A stretch of DNA of 32,000 nt from Vibrio alginolyticus NBRC 15630 = ATCC 17749 (GCF_000354175.2 NC_022349.1:2040001-2072000), one strand, 5' to 3'; counted from the first letter of the stretch, positions 1-10,775 are shown. Notes: generated from the letters alone by a model not told the origin. Translations and numbers: made by a program.

Positions 1-2589
1 GACATCGACGGCTAAGTTGTCACCTGCTTTCGGTAAATCGATGTCATCATCTGGTAAATCAATCGCGATGATCACTGGATCGTGGTCAGAGGCAGAGAAC
101 GCATCTTTGTACTTCGGCATATCACCTGTGTACTTGCTGCTGTATTCGAACAAGTTACTCTCTAGTGAGTTGATGTGCCAATCTTCAATTGCTACCACTT
201 TTTGCGCTAGGCTACTGCTTGCCAATGCGTGGTCCAAATTACCCAGCTCGCCCGAATAGGTGTAAGAAAACGTATCAGTGCCGTGCAGCAACGTGTTTAA
301 ATTGTGCAGACCGTAACCTTTTTCAATTTTGGTCTTCTCTACTTGAAGTTCACCATCACCAATGGTTGTGTAAGCAGCAGTATAAATGTCACGGCCGTAT
401 TTCTCTTTCGAGTAATCAGTCAGTGTCAGAAGTGGGTCTTCCATGCCATAAGCATTGAGGTCGCCCATGAGCAATACATCGCCTTTCACCTCTTTCAACG
501 CTTCACCCACTGCGTGCGCAGCAGAAACGCGGAAGTTGTTACAGTTGCCTTGCAGATCCGCTGGCTCAGAATCTTCTACACCGGCAATCCACTCTTCAAT
601 ACACTCAGAGCCTTTCGACTTAAAGTGGTTTACGACAATAGACAAATCTTCACCCGTCTCTTTCACCGTGAAGGTTTGTAGCAAGCTATGACGTTGGTAT
701 TTGTCGTAAGCTGGGTTGCCTTCCGCACCGTCATTACGCGTAATGGTGTTTTCTTCGATGTGCTGCTCTGGCGTCACAATCACTTTCGCCGCTTCTTTTG
801 GCGTCACTTCGTTTGCACGGTATAGGATTGCCACCATGATCGCATCACTACCAAAGTACTCATCTTGGTATTTGTCTTGATCCGCGATTTCGACATACGT
901 GTAATGATCTTCAGCGTCATCAATCTCAGCATTTAGGGCATCAACTAAGTTTTGGATAGCACTGCCATCACCAAAGCCGTTGTTTTCCACTTCCATCAAA
1001 CCAATAACGTCTGCGTCCATCTTGTTCATCGCCGCAACGATTTTCGCTTGCTGGATCAGGAATTCGTCTAGATTAGTCGCACCACGGTTTTGTCCGGTTG
1101 GGTTTTCATGACCACTGTCAGCCACGGAGTTGAAGTAGTTCAGTACGTTGAAGCTTGCAATACGCAAATCTGAGTCCGCAATCGCTGGGGCATCTTTACG
1201 AGCCACGTCGAAGCCTTCACCTGAAGTCACGAAGTTGGTGTTATTGACTTCATTTGTCGCAATCAGGCGGTATTCGTTGTAGCTGTAAGCCACGACACCC
1301 TGTAGACCTTCTACTCGAGAACCAAGGCGAATGTGCTGCTCTGAAGAGCCATCTTGATCTGCATCTTTAGCAAAATCTGGGTAGTATGGGATTTGGCCGT
1401 TTGGTGCTTTGCCATCTGATTCTAGGTATACGCGGTTCGCTGCGTTGTCTTTTGCTAGCTCAACGGCTGCATCGCTCTCTGCCGCGTGTAATTGAGTCGG
1501 CTTTAACAATGGCGCTTCATGAGAGAGCATCATATTGTTACGACGTGAATCGTAGTCGTAAGAGAAGTTTCGAGTTACAAACAAGTCACTTGCCGAGGTC
1601 AACTCAACTTGCATGCCTTCATGACGCTCTAGTGCATCACGTAGTGTCTCACCTTCTTTGATAACAAGATCGGTAACTCGAGGGGTTTCAGAGGTGCCTG
1701 TTTTCACATAGCTGTTAGCATCAGAAGCAAGCTGAGTATTGCTGTAATACTCTTGAACTTTACCTTTCACACAAACAACATCACCAGCTTTCAGCGCCGT
1801 GTCCGCCGCGTCGGTATGAATGAACAAGCCTTCTGAGGTCTTGTCGTTGTTGTCGCTTTCTAATGCTTGTAGGTAGAAACCTTTGGTTAGGCCAGTGGTA
1901 ACAGCAGTCACGACACCAGTTACGAAATGATCTTCGTCAGTAATGTATGGGTAACCATCAATGAATGGAGACGTATCGCCTTCACCTTGAATATCTTGGA
2001 TGGTAGTGAAGTTAGGTTGCTGACCGTCGACTTCACAAGCGAATGGTGCTGGTGGCTCAGTCGCATTTAGCTCACCAAGGCCGTCAATGTTGTCTTTCTC
2101 AAATGCCGTCCACTGAGATGCATCATAAGTAGCAGAAGGGGTTAGTGCATCACTGTTACGAACTAATGTGGTGTCTTTACCAAAATCTACGTCACCCATC
2201 ACACCGATGATGTCGTGCACTTCACCATCTTTAAGCAGTGCGATCGGGTCGTCACCGTTAAAGTTCGCAACGCTTTTATCTGTGATACCTGCTACCGCTT
2301 TGATGGCGTCGCTCGCGTCACCATGCGCCAGTACATACACTTGGTTAGCTTGTAGCGTCACTTGGCTAAGGTCGAATGTGCTGCCCCAAGTACCACCACC
2401 GTTTGATGATTTCGCCAACTCGTAGCCAGTGAGTGTCACCGCAGTATCACCCGTATTAGCGATCTCTACCGCTTTATTATAAGCGCCGCCTTCTACGTAT
2501 TGGGAAATAATAATCTCTGCGTTCGCGTTTGCACTAAGTGCACTGGCGATGGTTAATGCGAGTATTGAGGGTTTGATTAACGTGTCCAT
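1..2589 (-). CDS. xds: Extracellular nuclease, Xds-like (signal peptide, lamin-tail-like domain, OB-fold region, endonuclease/exonuclease/phosphatase domain). Partial: the C-terminus runs off the window start.
   Basis: My own minus-strand translation is open for 863 codons from the ATG at 2589-2587 to position 1. It is missing from the ORF track because no stop lies inside the window. The N-terminus MDTLIKPSILALTIASALSANANA looks like a signal peptide. EIIISQYVEGGAYNKAVEIANTG resembles a lamin-tail domain. LRIASFNVLNYF and SDHDPVIIAIDL are EEP-family catalytic motifs. The + strand ORFs at 17-691 are antisense artefacts. Confidence 0.85.
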   Translation of the reverse strand, partial: MDTLIKPSILALTIASALSANANAEIIISQYVEGGAYNKAVEIANTGDTAVTLTGYELAKSSNGGGTWGSTFDLSQVTLQANQVYVLAHGDASDAIKAVAGITDKSVANFNGDDPIALLKDGEVHDIIGVMGDVDFGKDTTLVRNSDALTPSATYDASQWTAFEKDNIDGLGELNATEPPAPFACEVDGQQPNFTTIQDIQGEGDTSPFIDGYPYITDEDHFVTGVVTAVTTGLTKGFYLQALESDNNDKTSEGLFIHTDAADTALKAGDVVCVKGKVQEYYSNTQLASDANSYVKTGTSETPRVTDLVIKEGETLRDALERHEGMQVELTSASDLFVTRNFSYDYDSRRNNMMLSHEAPLLKPTQLHAAESDAAVELAKDNAANRVYLESDGKAPNGQIPYYPDFAKDADQDGSSEQHIRLGSRVEGLQGVVAYSYNEYRLIATNEVNNTNFVTSGEGFDVARKDAPAIADSDLRIASFNVLNYFNSVADSGHENPTGQNRGATNLDEFLIQQAKIVAAMNKMDADVIGLMEVENNGFGDGSAIQNLVDALNAEIDDAEDHYTYVEIADQDKYQDEYFGSDAIMVAILYRANEVTPKEAAKVIVTPEQHIEENTITRNDGAEGNPAYDKYQRHSLLQTFTVKETGEDLSIVVNHFKSKGSECIEEWIAGVEDSEPADLQGNCNNFRVSAAHAVGEALKEVKGDVLLMGDLNAYGMEDPLLTLTDYSKEKYGRDIYTAAYTTIGDGELQVEKTKIEKGYGLHNLNTLLHGTDTFSYTYSGELGNLDHALASSSLAQKVVAIEDWHINSLESNLFEYSSKYTGDMPKYKDAFSASDHDPVIIAIDLPDDDIDLPKAGDNLAVDV

Positions 2590-2698
2590 TGTCGTACCTG
2601 ATATTTATGTAAATGCAAACTTAGCTCTGATTAGAGCCTGCCATTTGCGTCTACTATCAGGTTTATTTATGAAATAAATAAGAATGAGTAATTAAAGC

Positions 2699-2714
2699 CG
2701 TGAAATGAATCACA
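2699..2714. promoter_or_regulatory. CRP-like palindrome CGTGA-N6-TCACA, about 110 bp upstream of the xds start
   Basis: CGTGAAATGAATCACA has one mismatch to the TGTGA-N6-TCACA core. It overlaps a perfect 10-bp palindrome, TCACATGTGA, at 2710-2719. This is a motif match only. Confidence 0.35.
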
Positions 2715-3132
2715 TGTGAATATAAGAAAATATGCCAGAGCATCCCATTCAAACATTTTTTGTAATAAATACAGAGCGCTATTGATAAACAAGTCAGAAT
2801 TTAGATTGATTACTCAGTTTACTTTTTCACTTCATGTTAAGGAGTAGAAAATACATCACTTGTTGAGTTGCTTATTAACCCAACCGTTCCGTTACAAATA
2901 AAAAATATAATTAGTCACTAATTTAGAATGCTTTAATTTTCACTTGCATCACTGTTCAAGCCCAAGAATCTATTACTCGCTTCGTTCTCTCTTATACAGG
3001 CCCCTCATACTTCAAAGTTTTCATGATTTATTCAATAACTTTTCATTACTCACTAGCCAAAAACATACACAAAAGATATAACACCTGCGCGAGACAATAA
3101 GATCTCATTAGCTGTAAACCCAGGAACGACAA

Positions 3133-3507
3133 ATGAAAAAAATTCAACGCAGTGTGCTAGCTCTCTCCCTACTTGGCTTGATAGCGGGGTGTCAGTTGAC
3201 CGCCAGTGAGCCACTTCAACCTACGGCGAATCAAGACATCATCGAATCAGCCAAAAATGAACTGGATGGTATTGAAGAGCTAGAAGTCAGTGACGAGGGT
3301 GTTATTACCTTTACTCAGCGTCTAAGAACGCCAGGAACCTACTGGATTCCAGCGAGAATTAAAGAACTCAGCTACGATATATCATGCGTACAGCTTAGTT
3401 ACTTCATTGATAGAGGCATGGTTGTGAAGTCTGCCTTTCTAGGGGCTCGAGGACGTGTTGAATATTACGACATGGAACGCTGTATGAAAGACACACCATT
3501 TCAGTAA
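3133..3507 (+). CDS. Small lipoprotein of unknown function
   Basis: 124-aa ORF. The N-terminus MKKIQRSVLALSLLGLIAGCQ has a lipobox (LIAG|C). A strong hairpin terminator follows the stop. I recognise no family. Confidence 0.6.
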   Translation: MKKIQRSVLALSLLGLIAGCQLTASEPLQPTANQDIIESAKNELDGIEELEVSDEGVITFTQRLRTPGTYWIPARIKELSYDISCVQLSYFIDRGMVVKSAFLGARGRVEYYDMERCMKDTPFQ

Positions 3508-3516
3508 TACAGGCAT

Positions 3517-3547
3517 AAAAAAAGCTCCACCAAAGTGGAGCTTTTTC
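3517..3547. terminator. Bidirectional intrinsic terminator between the lipoprotein gene (+) and trpS (-)
   Basis: A-run, then stem AGCTCCAC / GTGGAGCT with loop CAAA, then T-run. It sits between convergent stops at 3507 and 3565. Confidence 0.8.
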
Positions 3548-3564
3548 GTATTCGTTCTTAGCAA

Positions 3565-4581
3565 CTATGGGCGAGCTACAAAACCTACTGCTTCGTATGC
3601 TTTCTTAAGCGTTTCAGCCGCTCGTGCCGAGGCTTTCTCAGCGCCTTGCTGCATTACCTCGTCCATGTAAGCACGATCAGCGCGAATACGGTGATATTCT
3701 GCTTGAATTGGCTCAAGCATTGCTACAACTGCCTCACCAACATCTTTCTTAAATGGGCCATACATTTCTACGCCTTGGTACTTCGCTTCAATCTCTTCGA
3801 AGCTCATGCCTGTCGCCGCGGAGTACAGACCCATTAGGTTAGCAATGCCCGCCTTGTTCTCGATATCATGACGGATACTTGGTGGCGTTTCGGTATCGGT
3901 TTGCGCTTTGTTGATCTTCTTAAGGATCGACTTAGGCTCTTCCAGCAGCGTGATAACGTTCTTACGGTTGTCATCAGATTTAGACATCTTCTTCGTTGCG
4001 TCTTGAAGGCTCATTACACGCGCATTTACTGTCGGAATGTAAGGCTCTGGAACTTGGAAGATTGGCTGCTCTGGCGAGTAAATATTGTTGAAACGCGTTG
4101 CGATATCGCGCGCTAATTCTAGATGTTGCTTCTGGTCACTGCCTACAGGTACTTGGTGCGCACCGTAAAGCAAAATGTCAGCAGCCATCAACACCGGGTA
4201 GTCAAATAGACCGACGTTTACGTCATTCGCGTAACGTGCCGATTTGTCTTTAAACTGAGTCATACGGCTCAGCTCACCCATTTGAGTGTAACAGTTAAGA
4301 AGCCAACCTAATTGAGCATGCTCTGGTACATGTGACTGAACAAATAGCGTGCTCTTCTTCGGGTCAACACCAACTGCCAGACAAATTGCCAGTGCGTCTA
4401 GAGTTGCTTCATGCAGCGCTTTAGGGTCCTGACGAACCGTAATCGCGTGAAGGTCTACCACACAATATTGGCAATCATAATCGTCTTGCATCTGCTGCCA
4501 TTGACGTAGAGCACCCAAGTAGTTACCGATACTTAGTTCACCTGAAGGTTGAACACCACTCAATACAATGGGTTTGCTCAT
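3565..4581 (-). CDS. trpS: Tryptophan--tRNA ligase
   Basis: 338 aa. Class I aaRS motifs are present (GNYLGA region, KMSKS), and similarity to E. coli TrpRS runs end to end. Confidence 0.97.
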   Translation of the reverse strand: MSKPIVLSGVQPSGELSIGNYLGALRQWQQMQDDYDCQYCVVDLHAITVRQDPKALHEATLDALAICLAVGVDPKKSTLFVQSHVPEHAQLGWLLNCYTQMGELSRMTQFKDKSARYANDVNVGLFDYPVLMAADILLYGAHQVPVGSDQKQHLELARDIATRFNNIYSPEQPIFQVPEPYIPTVNARVMSLQDATKKMSKSDDNRKNVITLLEEPKSILKKINKAQTDTETPPSIRHDIENKAGIANLMGLYSAATGMSFEEIEAKYQGVEMYGPFKKDVGEAVVAMLEPIQAEYHRIRADRAYMDEVMQQGAEKASARAAETLKKAYEAVGFVARP

Positions 4582-4618
4582 TAGAATGATTCCTTTGACT
4601 TCTTAATCTAATTAAATG

Positions 4619-4650
4619 AAAAAAACCGTGCAGTAATAGGTGCACGGTTT
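4619..4650 (-). terminator. Intrinsic terminator downstream of gph and upstream of trpS
   Basis: On the minus strand: stem CCGTGCA / TGCACGG followed by TTTTTTT. Confidence 0.7.
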
Positions 4651-4697
4651 ACTCAGTGTACTCATTAACGAGTATTTTGGAAGCTCTTTTGTAGCCG

Positions 4698-5384
4698 TTA
4701 TGCAGAAACCGCTACAACGTCCAATAATTCTGCCAAACTGTCAGCGACGAAATCTGGATTTGATGCTGAAATAGGTTCACCGTGGTTGTAACCATATGTC
4801 AGACCAAATGAGGCACAGCCTGCATTCTTTGCTGCGAGAATGTCGTTTTTCGAGTCGCCAACCATCAGCATTTCACTTGGTTGGATTTGGTGCTTTTCCA
4901 TCAACCAGTTCAATGCTACTGGGTTTGGTTTTTTCTCTGGGAATGCATCACCGCCAAGGACATCAACAAAGTATTTTGCGATGTCGTGCTTTTCCAAAAC
5001 GTCAGGCACAAACTTTGAAGGTTTGTTAGTCACCAACGCCATAACAAAGCCCGCTTTGTGCAGCTCTGCTAGTGTCTCTTTTACCGTTGGGTAAAGATGA
5101 CTTAGCTTGTGACCGCTTTGCTCGTAGTAGTCATCAAACAATACACGCGCTTTAGCACGAAGCTCTTCACTCAGCTCTGGGTTGATGGTCAGGCTTTGGC
5201 TTAATGAGCGACCAATAAGCACGTCTGCGCCGTTACCCACATAATCACGAACTTGTTCTTCTGAAACCGATGGAAAGCCAAGCGCCTGTACCGCTTGGTC
5301 TGCCGCGACAGCTAGATCTGGCACGCTATCAAGCAAAGTACCATCTAGATCGAAGGCGATGAATTTAATGTCTTGTTGAGTCAT
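4698..5384 (-). CDS. gph: Phosphoglycolate phosphatase (HAD superfamily)
   Basis: 228 aa. HAD motif I is FDLDGTLLDS; LVTNKP and GDSKNDILAAKNAGC are also present. It is collinear with E. coli Gph and adjacent to trpS, as in E. coli. Confidence 0.85.
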   Translation of the reverse strand: MTQQDIKFIAFDLDGTLLDSVPDLAVAADQAVQALGFPSVSEEQVRDYVGNGADVLIGRSLSQSLTINPELSEELRAKARVLFDDYYEQSGHKLSHLYPTVKETLAELHKAGFVMALVTNKPSKFVPDVLEKHDIAKYFVDVLGGDAFPEKKPNPVALNWLMEKHQIQPSEMLMVGDSKNDILAAKNAGCASFGLTYGYNHGEPISASNPDFVADSLAELLDVVAVSA

Positions 5385-5424
5385 AACTTCCCTGAGGATT
5401 TTTATTTATAAATCGGTGAAAACG

Positions 5425-5455
5425 ACAAAGGATGGCACCCCATCCTTTGTTTTTA
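5425..5455. terminator. Hairpin terminator between rlmB and gph
   Basis: 11-bp stem ACAAAGGATGG / CCATCCTTTGT with loop CACC, and T/A runs on both sides. Confidence 0.65.
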
Positions 5456-5494
5456 TCATTATGTCTGATTCTACAGTAACTGTTTGTTTCGTCG

Positions 5495-6238
5495 TTACTT
5501 TGCAGCAATACGCTGACGAACTGCCTCAAACAAACAGATGCCGGATGCCACAGATACGTTCAAGCTTGAAACGCTACCAGCCATTGGGATCTTAATCAAA
5601 TCGTCGCAGGTTTCACGAGTCAGACGACGCATACCATCACCTTCTGCCCCCATTACGATAGCAAGGGGTCCAGTCAGTTTTGCTTGGTAGATGTCGTGCG
5701 TTGCTTCGCCCGCAGTACCAACAAACCAGATGCCTTTCTCTTGCAATGTACGCATAGTACGAGCCAAGTTAGTCACTCGGATCAATGGCACGACTTCAGC
5801 TGCACCACAAGCCACTTTGCTTACGGTTGCGTTCATCGGTGCAGAACGATCTTTCGGTACGATGATCGCCGCAGCACCTGCCGCATCTGCGTTACGTAAA
5901 CACGCACCAAGATTGTGTGGATCGGTCACTCCGTCTAACACTAATAGCAGTGGTGATTCGTGCTGCGCCAGGATGTCATCTATATCGTTCTCATTCAGCT
6001 GCTTCGCTGGTTTCACACGAGCGATGATGCCTTGGTGATTTGCACCGCGCGCTTTGTCATCCAAGGTTTTACGTGTCATCTGCTGAATAGAAACACCACA
6101 AACCTGAAGATCATTTAGGATTGGCATTAGGCGATCATCTTGACGACCTTTTAAAACGTACGCCTCGATAAAACGCTCTGGTTCGCGCTCCAATACCGCC
6201 TTCACTGCGTGAATGCCGTAGATAAATTCGTTACTCAT
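5495..6238 (-). CDS. rlmB: 23S rRNA (guanosine2251-2'-O)-methyltransferase, SpoU/TrmH family
   Basis: 247 aa, near-collinear with E. coli RlmB ([33 protein letters not shown]). It lies downstream of rnr, as in E. coli. Confidence 0.9.
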   Translation of the reverse strand: MSNEFIYGIHAVKAVLEREPERFIEAYVLKGRQDDRLMPILNDLQVCGVSIQQMTRKTLDDKARGANHQGIIARVKPAKQLNENDIDDILAQHESPLLLVLDGVTDPHNLGACLRNADAAGAAAIIVPKDRSAPMNATVSKVACGAAEVVPLIRVTNLARTMRTLQEKGIWFVGTAGEATHDIYQAKLTGPLAIVMGAEGDGMRRLTRETCDDLIKIPMAGSVSSLNVSVASGICLFEAVRQRIAAK

Positions 6239-6305
6239 TGTTTAACCTGTTGTTCTGGTCGTATTGCCTGCGCCAACCAAGTTTGAACTAAGTTGGCGCT
6301 TCAAC

Positions 6306-8819
6306 CTACTGCGCTTCTTTTTTAGTGCGCTTGGTTTTCTTCGGCTTACTGTGCGGCTTCTTTTTACGTGCTTTTTTCACTTTAGGCTTCTCGTTGCCTT
6401 CAGCGTCACCACGTTTTGGGCCATTACGCTTACTCGTTGCGCCCGTTTCTTCTGGGCGTTTAGTTGGCTCTATCGCAGGAACTGCACGAGCCGCGCCACC
6501 TTCTTTCGATGAAGAGCGAGTCGCAGCGCGTTTTTTATCTTTCGCTTTGCGTTTTGCTTCCGCTGCGCGTTTCTTCGCAGTCTTACCTTCGCCGCGTAGC
6601 TTACGACTTGTTTCGACCAATTCAAAGTCAATTTGCTTATCATCGAGGTTAACAGCCAGTACTTTTACTTTTACTGCATCACCTAAGCGGTAGATGTTAC
6701 CGAAACTTTCACCAATAAGTCGTTGACCAATCGGGTCAAATTGATAGTAGTCGTTCGCAAGGGTAGAAATATGTACCAAACCATCGATGTGCAAATCCGT
6801 TAAACGTACAAAGAAGCCAAAGCTAGTGACATTAGCAATAACACCGTCTAGTTCGTCACCGACGTGGTCTTGCATATATTCACACTTCAGCCAATCCGCA
6901 ACATCACGTGTTGCATCATCAGCACGGCGCTCTGTCATCGAACATTGTTCGCCGTAAAAATCCATGTCGTCAAACGAGTAATGATAGCCACCTGTTGGTG
7001 TCCAGCGATCTTGATTACGACCTTCTTCTTTAGCAATCAGATACTTGATTGCACGGTGAAGTAACAAGTCAGGGTAACGACGAATTGGCGACGTAAAGTG
7101 CGCATAGCGTTTCAATGCCAACCCAAAGTGCCCCGCGTTATCTGCGTTGTATACCGCTTGCTTCATTGAGCGTAGCAGCATGGTCTGAATCAACTCTTGA
7201 TCTTGACGCCCGGAGATTTGACGTGCGAGATCAGCATAGTCCGTTGGTGAAGGCTCTAAACCACCTTTTAGCTCAAGACCAAGTTCACTTAAGAAGTCAC
7301 GGAAACCTTGCAGGCGTAATTCACCTGGAGATTCGTGGATACGATAAAGCGCGGGCTCTTTCGCTTTTTCTACCAGCGATGCCGAAGCAATGTTGGCTAA
7401 AATCATACATTCTTCGATGATCTTATGCGCGTCATTACGAATTACTGGCTCAATGCTTTCGATTTTACGTTCCGCATTGAAAATAAATTTGGTTTCAACG
7501 GTTTCAAATTCGATTGCACCGCGTTGATCTCGTGCTTCTTTCAGCACTTTGTACATCTTGTGCAACTCTTCTAGATGAGAAACAAGCGGCTGGTAGCGCT
7601 CACGTAGTTCTTCATCCCCTTCTAGAATCGCGCTCACTTTGCTATATGTGAGACGAGCGTGCGAGTTCATCACCGCCTCGTAATGCTTGTAACCAGACAG
7701 CTTACCTGTATCGGAAATGGTCATTTCGCACACCATACACAAGCGATCTACTTGCGGGTTGAGCGAACATAGGCCGTTCGATAGTACTTCTGGCAACATC
7801 GGCACAACTTGCGACGGGAAATATACTGAGTTACCACGATTTATCGCTTCTTTGTCCAACGCAGAGTCAGGACGAACGTAGTAACTGACGTCAGCAATCG
7901 CTACCCATAAACGCCAACCACCTTCTTTGTTCTTTTCACAGTAAACGGCATCATCAAAGTCTCGTGCGTCTTCGCCGTCAATGGTCACTAGTGGCAAATC
8001 ACGTAGATCCACACGACCAACTTTCGCTTCTTCTGGTACTTCTTCGCCTAAGTTTTCGATTTGTTTATCGACGGCTTCTGGCCATTCGTGAGGGATTTGG
8101 TGTGTACGAATCGCAATTTGTGTTTCCATACCTGGTGCCATGTTTTCACCAAGGACTTCAACCACTTTACCCATCATGCCGCGTGAGCGTGAGCCACGAT
8201 CAGTAATTTCAATTACGACTACGTTACCCATGCGTGCACCCGCTTTGTGCTCATTTGGGATCAGGATATCTTGGCTGATACGCGAGTCATCTGGGACAAC
8301 ATAGGAGTATCCATATTCAAGGAAGAAACGACCAACGATTTGATCATTGCGCTCCTCTAGCACACGCACCAAACGTCCTTCACGGCGGCCGCGCTTGCTG
8401 TTGTCTGTCGGTTGCACTAAGACAAAATCACCGTGGATGATGTTCTTCATCTGATGGTGCGGTAACAGAATATCATCATCCTTGCCGACGCTGCCTTCTG
8501 GACGTACCCAACCATGGCCATCACGATGACCAATCACGTAACCTTTCACCATTTCAAGTTTTTCAGGCAATGCATAGCACTGACGGCGGGTAAACACCAG
8601 TTGGCCATCTCGCTCCATCGCACGTAGCCGACGACGCAACCCTTCGTATTGCTCTTCGCCCTCAAGCTTTAGTGCCTCAAACAAGTCGTTACGATTCATT
8701 GGAACGCCCGCTTGCTCTAGAAACTCGATGATAAACTCTCGGCTTGGAATTGGATTTTCGTAATTTTTGGATTCACGATCTGCAAAAGGATCGTTTGGAA
8801 TATTGTCTGACATAGGCAC
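6306..8819 (-). CDS. rnr: Ribonuclease R (RNB exoribonuclease with S1 domain and Lys-rich C-terminal tail)
   Basis: 837 aa, collinear with E. coli RNase R ([30 protein letters not shown]). The track start at 8819 is a GTG. An ATG two codons in, at 8813 ([10 protein letters not shown]), is an equally plausible start. Confidence 0.95.
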   Translation of the reverse strand: MPMSDNIPNDPFADRESKNYENPIPSREFIIEFLEQAGVPMNRNDLFEALKLEGEEQYEGLRRRLRAMERDGQLVFTRRQCYALPEKLEMVKGYVIGHRDGHGWVRPEGSVGKDDDILLPHHQMKNIIHGDFVLVQPTDNSKRGRREGRLVRVLEERNDQIVGRFFLEYGYSYVVPDDSRISQDILIPNEHKAGARMGNVVVIEITDRGSRSRGMMGKVVEVLGENMAPGMETQIAIRTHQIPHEWPEAVDKQIENLGEEVPEEAKVGRVDLRDLPLVTIDGEDARDFDDAVYCEKNKEGGWRLWVAIADVSYYVRPDSALDKEAINRGNSVYFPSQVVPMLPEVLSNGLCSLNPQVDRLCMVCEMTISDTGKLSGYKHYEAVMNSHARLTYSKVSAILEGDEELRERYQPLVSHLEELHKMYKVLKEARDQRGAIEFETVETKFIFNAERKIESIEPVIRNDAHKIIEECMILANIASASLVEKAKEPALYRIHESPGELRLQGFRDFLSELGLELKGGLEPSPTDYADLARQISGRQDQELIQTMLLRSMKQAVYNADNAGHFGLALKRYAHFTSPIRRYPDLLLHRAIKYLIAKEEGRNQDRWTPTGGYHYSFDDMDFYGEQCSMTERRADDATRDVADWLKCEYMQDHVGDELDGVIANVTSFGFFVRLTDLHIDGLVHISTLANDYYQFDPIGQRLIGESFGNIYRLGDAVKVKVLAVNLDDKQIDFELVETSRKLRGEGKTAKKRAAEAKRKAKDKKRAATRSSSKEGGAARAVPAIEPTKRPEETGATSKRNGPKRGDAEGNEKPKVKKARKKKPHSKPKKTKRTKKEAQ

Positions 8820-8928
8820 GCCTATCTAGCAAGGAAGGTATATGGCTAGTATATCTGAGTCTCTCGATAAGCTACAGAATTGCTTTGAAAAAAGAATGAT
8901 CGAGATCGACTCTAGGCATGCAAATGAG

Positions 8929-9354
8929 TTAAGGACGAGCCAGCAAGATCAAAAGTTCAGAATTGTCACTGAGCAAGGATTCAATCGTGCAGTCATCCAA
9001 CTCCGCCAGAAAGGCACTTTTTGCTTTCGCCAATTTATCTTTGAGGCGGCAAGCAGGGGTAATATGGCAAAAATCCACACCACAGTTGACTAAATCTAAC
9101 GGCTCTAAATCGCGCACAACACCACCGACTGTGATTTCAGACGCTGGCTTCATCAGCCGGATACCACCGTTTTTTCCGCGCACGGTATGGACATAACCCA
9201 ACTGCCCTAACCGATTGATAACTTTAACCATATGGTTGCGCGACACACCAAATAAATCCGTCACTTCGGTAATGCTGGTTAACTCATCTTCCGGCAACGA
9301 AGCCAAGAAAATTAAGGTTCTCAACGCATAATCAGTGAAACTAGTTAACTGCAT
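8929..9354 (-). CDS. nsrR: Nitric-oxide-sensing transcriptional repressor NsrR (Rrf2 family)
   Basis: The track ORF is 182 aa, but homology begins at internal M42 ([18 protein letters not shown], the typical NsrR/Rrf2 N-terminus). That ATG at 9354 is preceded by GGGAGAG. The three Cys are in the C-terminal part ([12 protein letters not shown]). It lies upstream of rnr, as in E. coli. Confidence 0.9.
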   Translation of the reverse strand: MQLTSFTDYALRTLIFLASLPEDELTSITEVTDLFGVSRNHMVKVINRLGQLGYVHTVRGKNGGIRLMKPASEITVGGVVRDLEPLDLVNCGVDFCHITPACRLKDKLAKAKSAFLAELDDCTIESLLSDNSELLILLARP

Positions 9355-9447
9355 ATTCTCTCCCAAAGTGCGACTCAATAACCCACTGGTGATGCTAAAA
9401 CCCCAAACTTGAGCTATCGATAAAAGTGTAAATCTTTTCTTGATCGA

Positions 9448-9495
9448 AAGATACATTTGAGATACAACTTTAAACATGCATTATAAATACAACTT
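9448..9495. promoter_or_regulatory. Two tandem 23-bp NsrR-type operators (11-1-11 inverted repeats) in the nsrR/hmp divergent region
   Basis: Site 1 is AAGATACATTTGAGATACAACTT (9448-9470) and site 2 is AACATGCATTATAAATACAACTT (9473-9495). Both resemble the published gamma-proteobacterial NsrR motif AAnATGCATTT-n-AAATGCATnTT. Site 2 overlaps a TATAAAT -10-like element 23 bp before the hmp ATG. Confidence 0.5.
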
Positions 9496-9511
9496 AAAGT
9501 AGGAAGCCCTT

Positions 9512-10696
9512 ATGCTCAGCAATCAAACTATCGAGATCGTCAAAGCGACCGCACCACTCATCGCCGAAACAGGACCAAAACTGACCGCGCACTTTTACGA
9601 GCGTATGTTTACTCATAACCCTGAGTTGAAAGATATTTTTAACATGAGTAACCAGCGTAACGGCGATCAGCGTGAAGCATTATTCAACGCTATCTGTGCC
9701 TATGCTGCCAATATTGAAAATTTGCCAGCTCTGCTTGGCGCAGTAGAGAAAATTGCGCATAAGCACACGAGCTTTTTGATCACAGAAGATCAGTACCAAA
9801 TCGTTGGTAAGCATTTACTTGCTACAATCGATGAGCTTTTTAATCCAGGTCAAGAAGTGTTGGATGCTTGGGCTGAGGCTTACGGCGTACTTGCGAATGT
9901 ATTTATTCAGCGAGAAGAACAAATTTACCAACAAAATGAAGCTTTGGAAGGCGGCTGGCGCGGTCTACGCGAATTTGAATTAGTCGATAAAAAGATTGAG
10001 AGCGAACACATTTGCAGCTTTGTGTTCAAGCCAACCGATGGCCAAAAAGTGGCGCCGTATAAACCGGGACAATACCTTGGCATCTACATCAACAGTGACC
10101 AGTTAGAAAACCAAGAAATTCGCCAATATAGCCTGTCTTCTGCGGTCCAAGAGAACACCTACCGTATCTCAGTAAAACGTGAAGAAGGCGGAAAAGTGTC
10201 GAACTACCTGCACGATAGCCTGAACATTGGCGAAAAAGTGCAGCTTGCGGCCCCTGCCGGTGATTTCTTTATGGATGCCGAACCACAAACACCCGTTGTT
10301 CTAATTTCTGCTGGTGTGGGACTTACTCCAACGCTGTCAATGCTAGAAAGTCTCTCAGCACATCAAGCACCTGTAACTTGGGTTCATGCAACAGAAAATG
10401 GCCAACAGCATGCTTTCAAGCAACACGTAAACCAACTCGTTGCAGAAAAAGAAAATATGAACGCGCTCGTTTGGTATAACCAACCAACGGCAGAAGACAA
10501 GCTAGGCGAAGACTTCCACTTCACGGGCTTTGTCAATCTGTATGAAATTGAAGCTGCATTAAAGCAAGATAACGTGCAGGTATACTTCTGTGGTCCTGTA
10601 GGATTTATGCAGCACGTAGCGAAACAGCTATTAGAACTTGGCGTACCAGAAGAGCAATTCCATTACGAATGCTTCGGTCCACACAAAGTGGTTTAA
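9512..10696 (+). CDS. hmp: Flavohemoprotein / NO dioxygenase
   Basis: 394 aa, collinear with E. coli Hmp. It has a globin N-terminus ([38 protein letters not shown]), FAD/NAD domains ([15 protein letters not shown]) and the C-terminus [10 protein letters not shown]. Confidence 0.95.
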   Translation: MLSNQTIEIVKATAPLIAETGPKLTAHFYERMFTHNPELKDIFNMSNQRNGDQREALFNAICAYAANIENLPALLGAVEKIAHKHTSFLITEDQYQIVGKHLLATIDELFNPGQEVLDAWAEAYGVLANVFIQREEQIYQQNEALEGGWRGLREFELVDKKIESEHICSFVFKPTDGQKVAPYKPGQYLGIYINSDQLENQEIRQYSLSSAVQENTYRISVKREEGGKVSNYLHDSLNIGEKVQLAAPAGDFFMDAEPQTPVVLISAGVGLTPTLSMLESLSAHQAPVTWVHATENGQQHAFKQHVNQLVAEKENMNALVWYNQPTAEDKLGEDFHFTGFVNLYEIEAALKQDNVQVYFCGPVGFMQHVAKQLLELGVPEEQFHYECFGPHKVV

Positions 10697-10716
10697 GCGC
10701 TACCAACTATCGGGAA

Positions 10717-10750
10717 AACAACAAAGCCCACGTGACGTGGCTTTGTTGTA
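10717..10750. terminator. Hairpin terminator between convergent hmp and the Sel1-repeat gene
   Basis: Imperfect stem ACAAAGCC(C)AC / GTGGCTTTGT, flanked by an A-run and T-rich sequence. Confidence 0.6.
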
Positions 10751-10775
10751 TGAAGTTGTTTGCAATATTGAAGCG

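Noticed and set aside
17-691. Four overlapping + strand ORFs (80-125 aa) at the left edge, plus 1386-1661 and 2168-2425.
   Set aside because: All are antisense to the long, well-supported xds-like frame. They are Ser/Cys/Leu-rich translations typical of antisense frames.
2590-3132. I looked for a Pho box (CTGTCAT-N4-CTGTCAT) upstream of xds. The best candidate is CTGTATTTATTACAAAA on the minus strand near 2762-2778.
   Set aside because: The second half-site does not match, so it is too weak to report.
6264-6693. + strand ORFs (82, 122 and 62 aa) rich in Phe, Leu and Arg.
   Set aside because: They are antisense to the Lys-rich (AAA/AAG) C-terminal tail of RNase R, which is a compositional artefact.
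9355-9477. 41-codon N-terminal extension of the nsrR ORF (the track start at 9477).
   Set aside because: Homology to Rrf2/NsrR begins at M42, which has a good Shine-Dalgarno sequence. The extension would run through the nsrR-hmp operator region.
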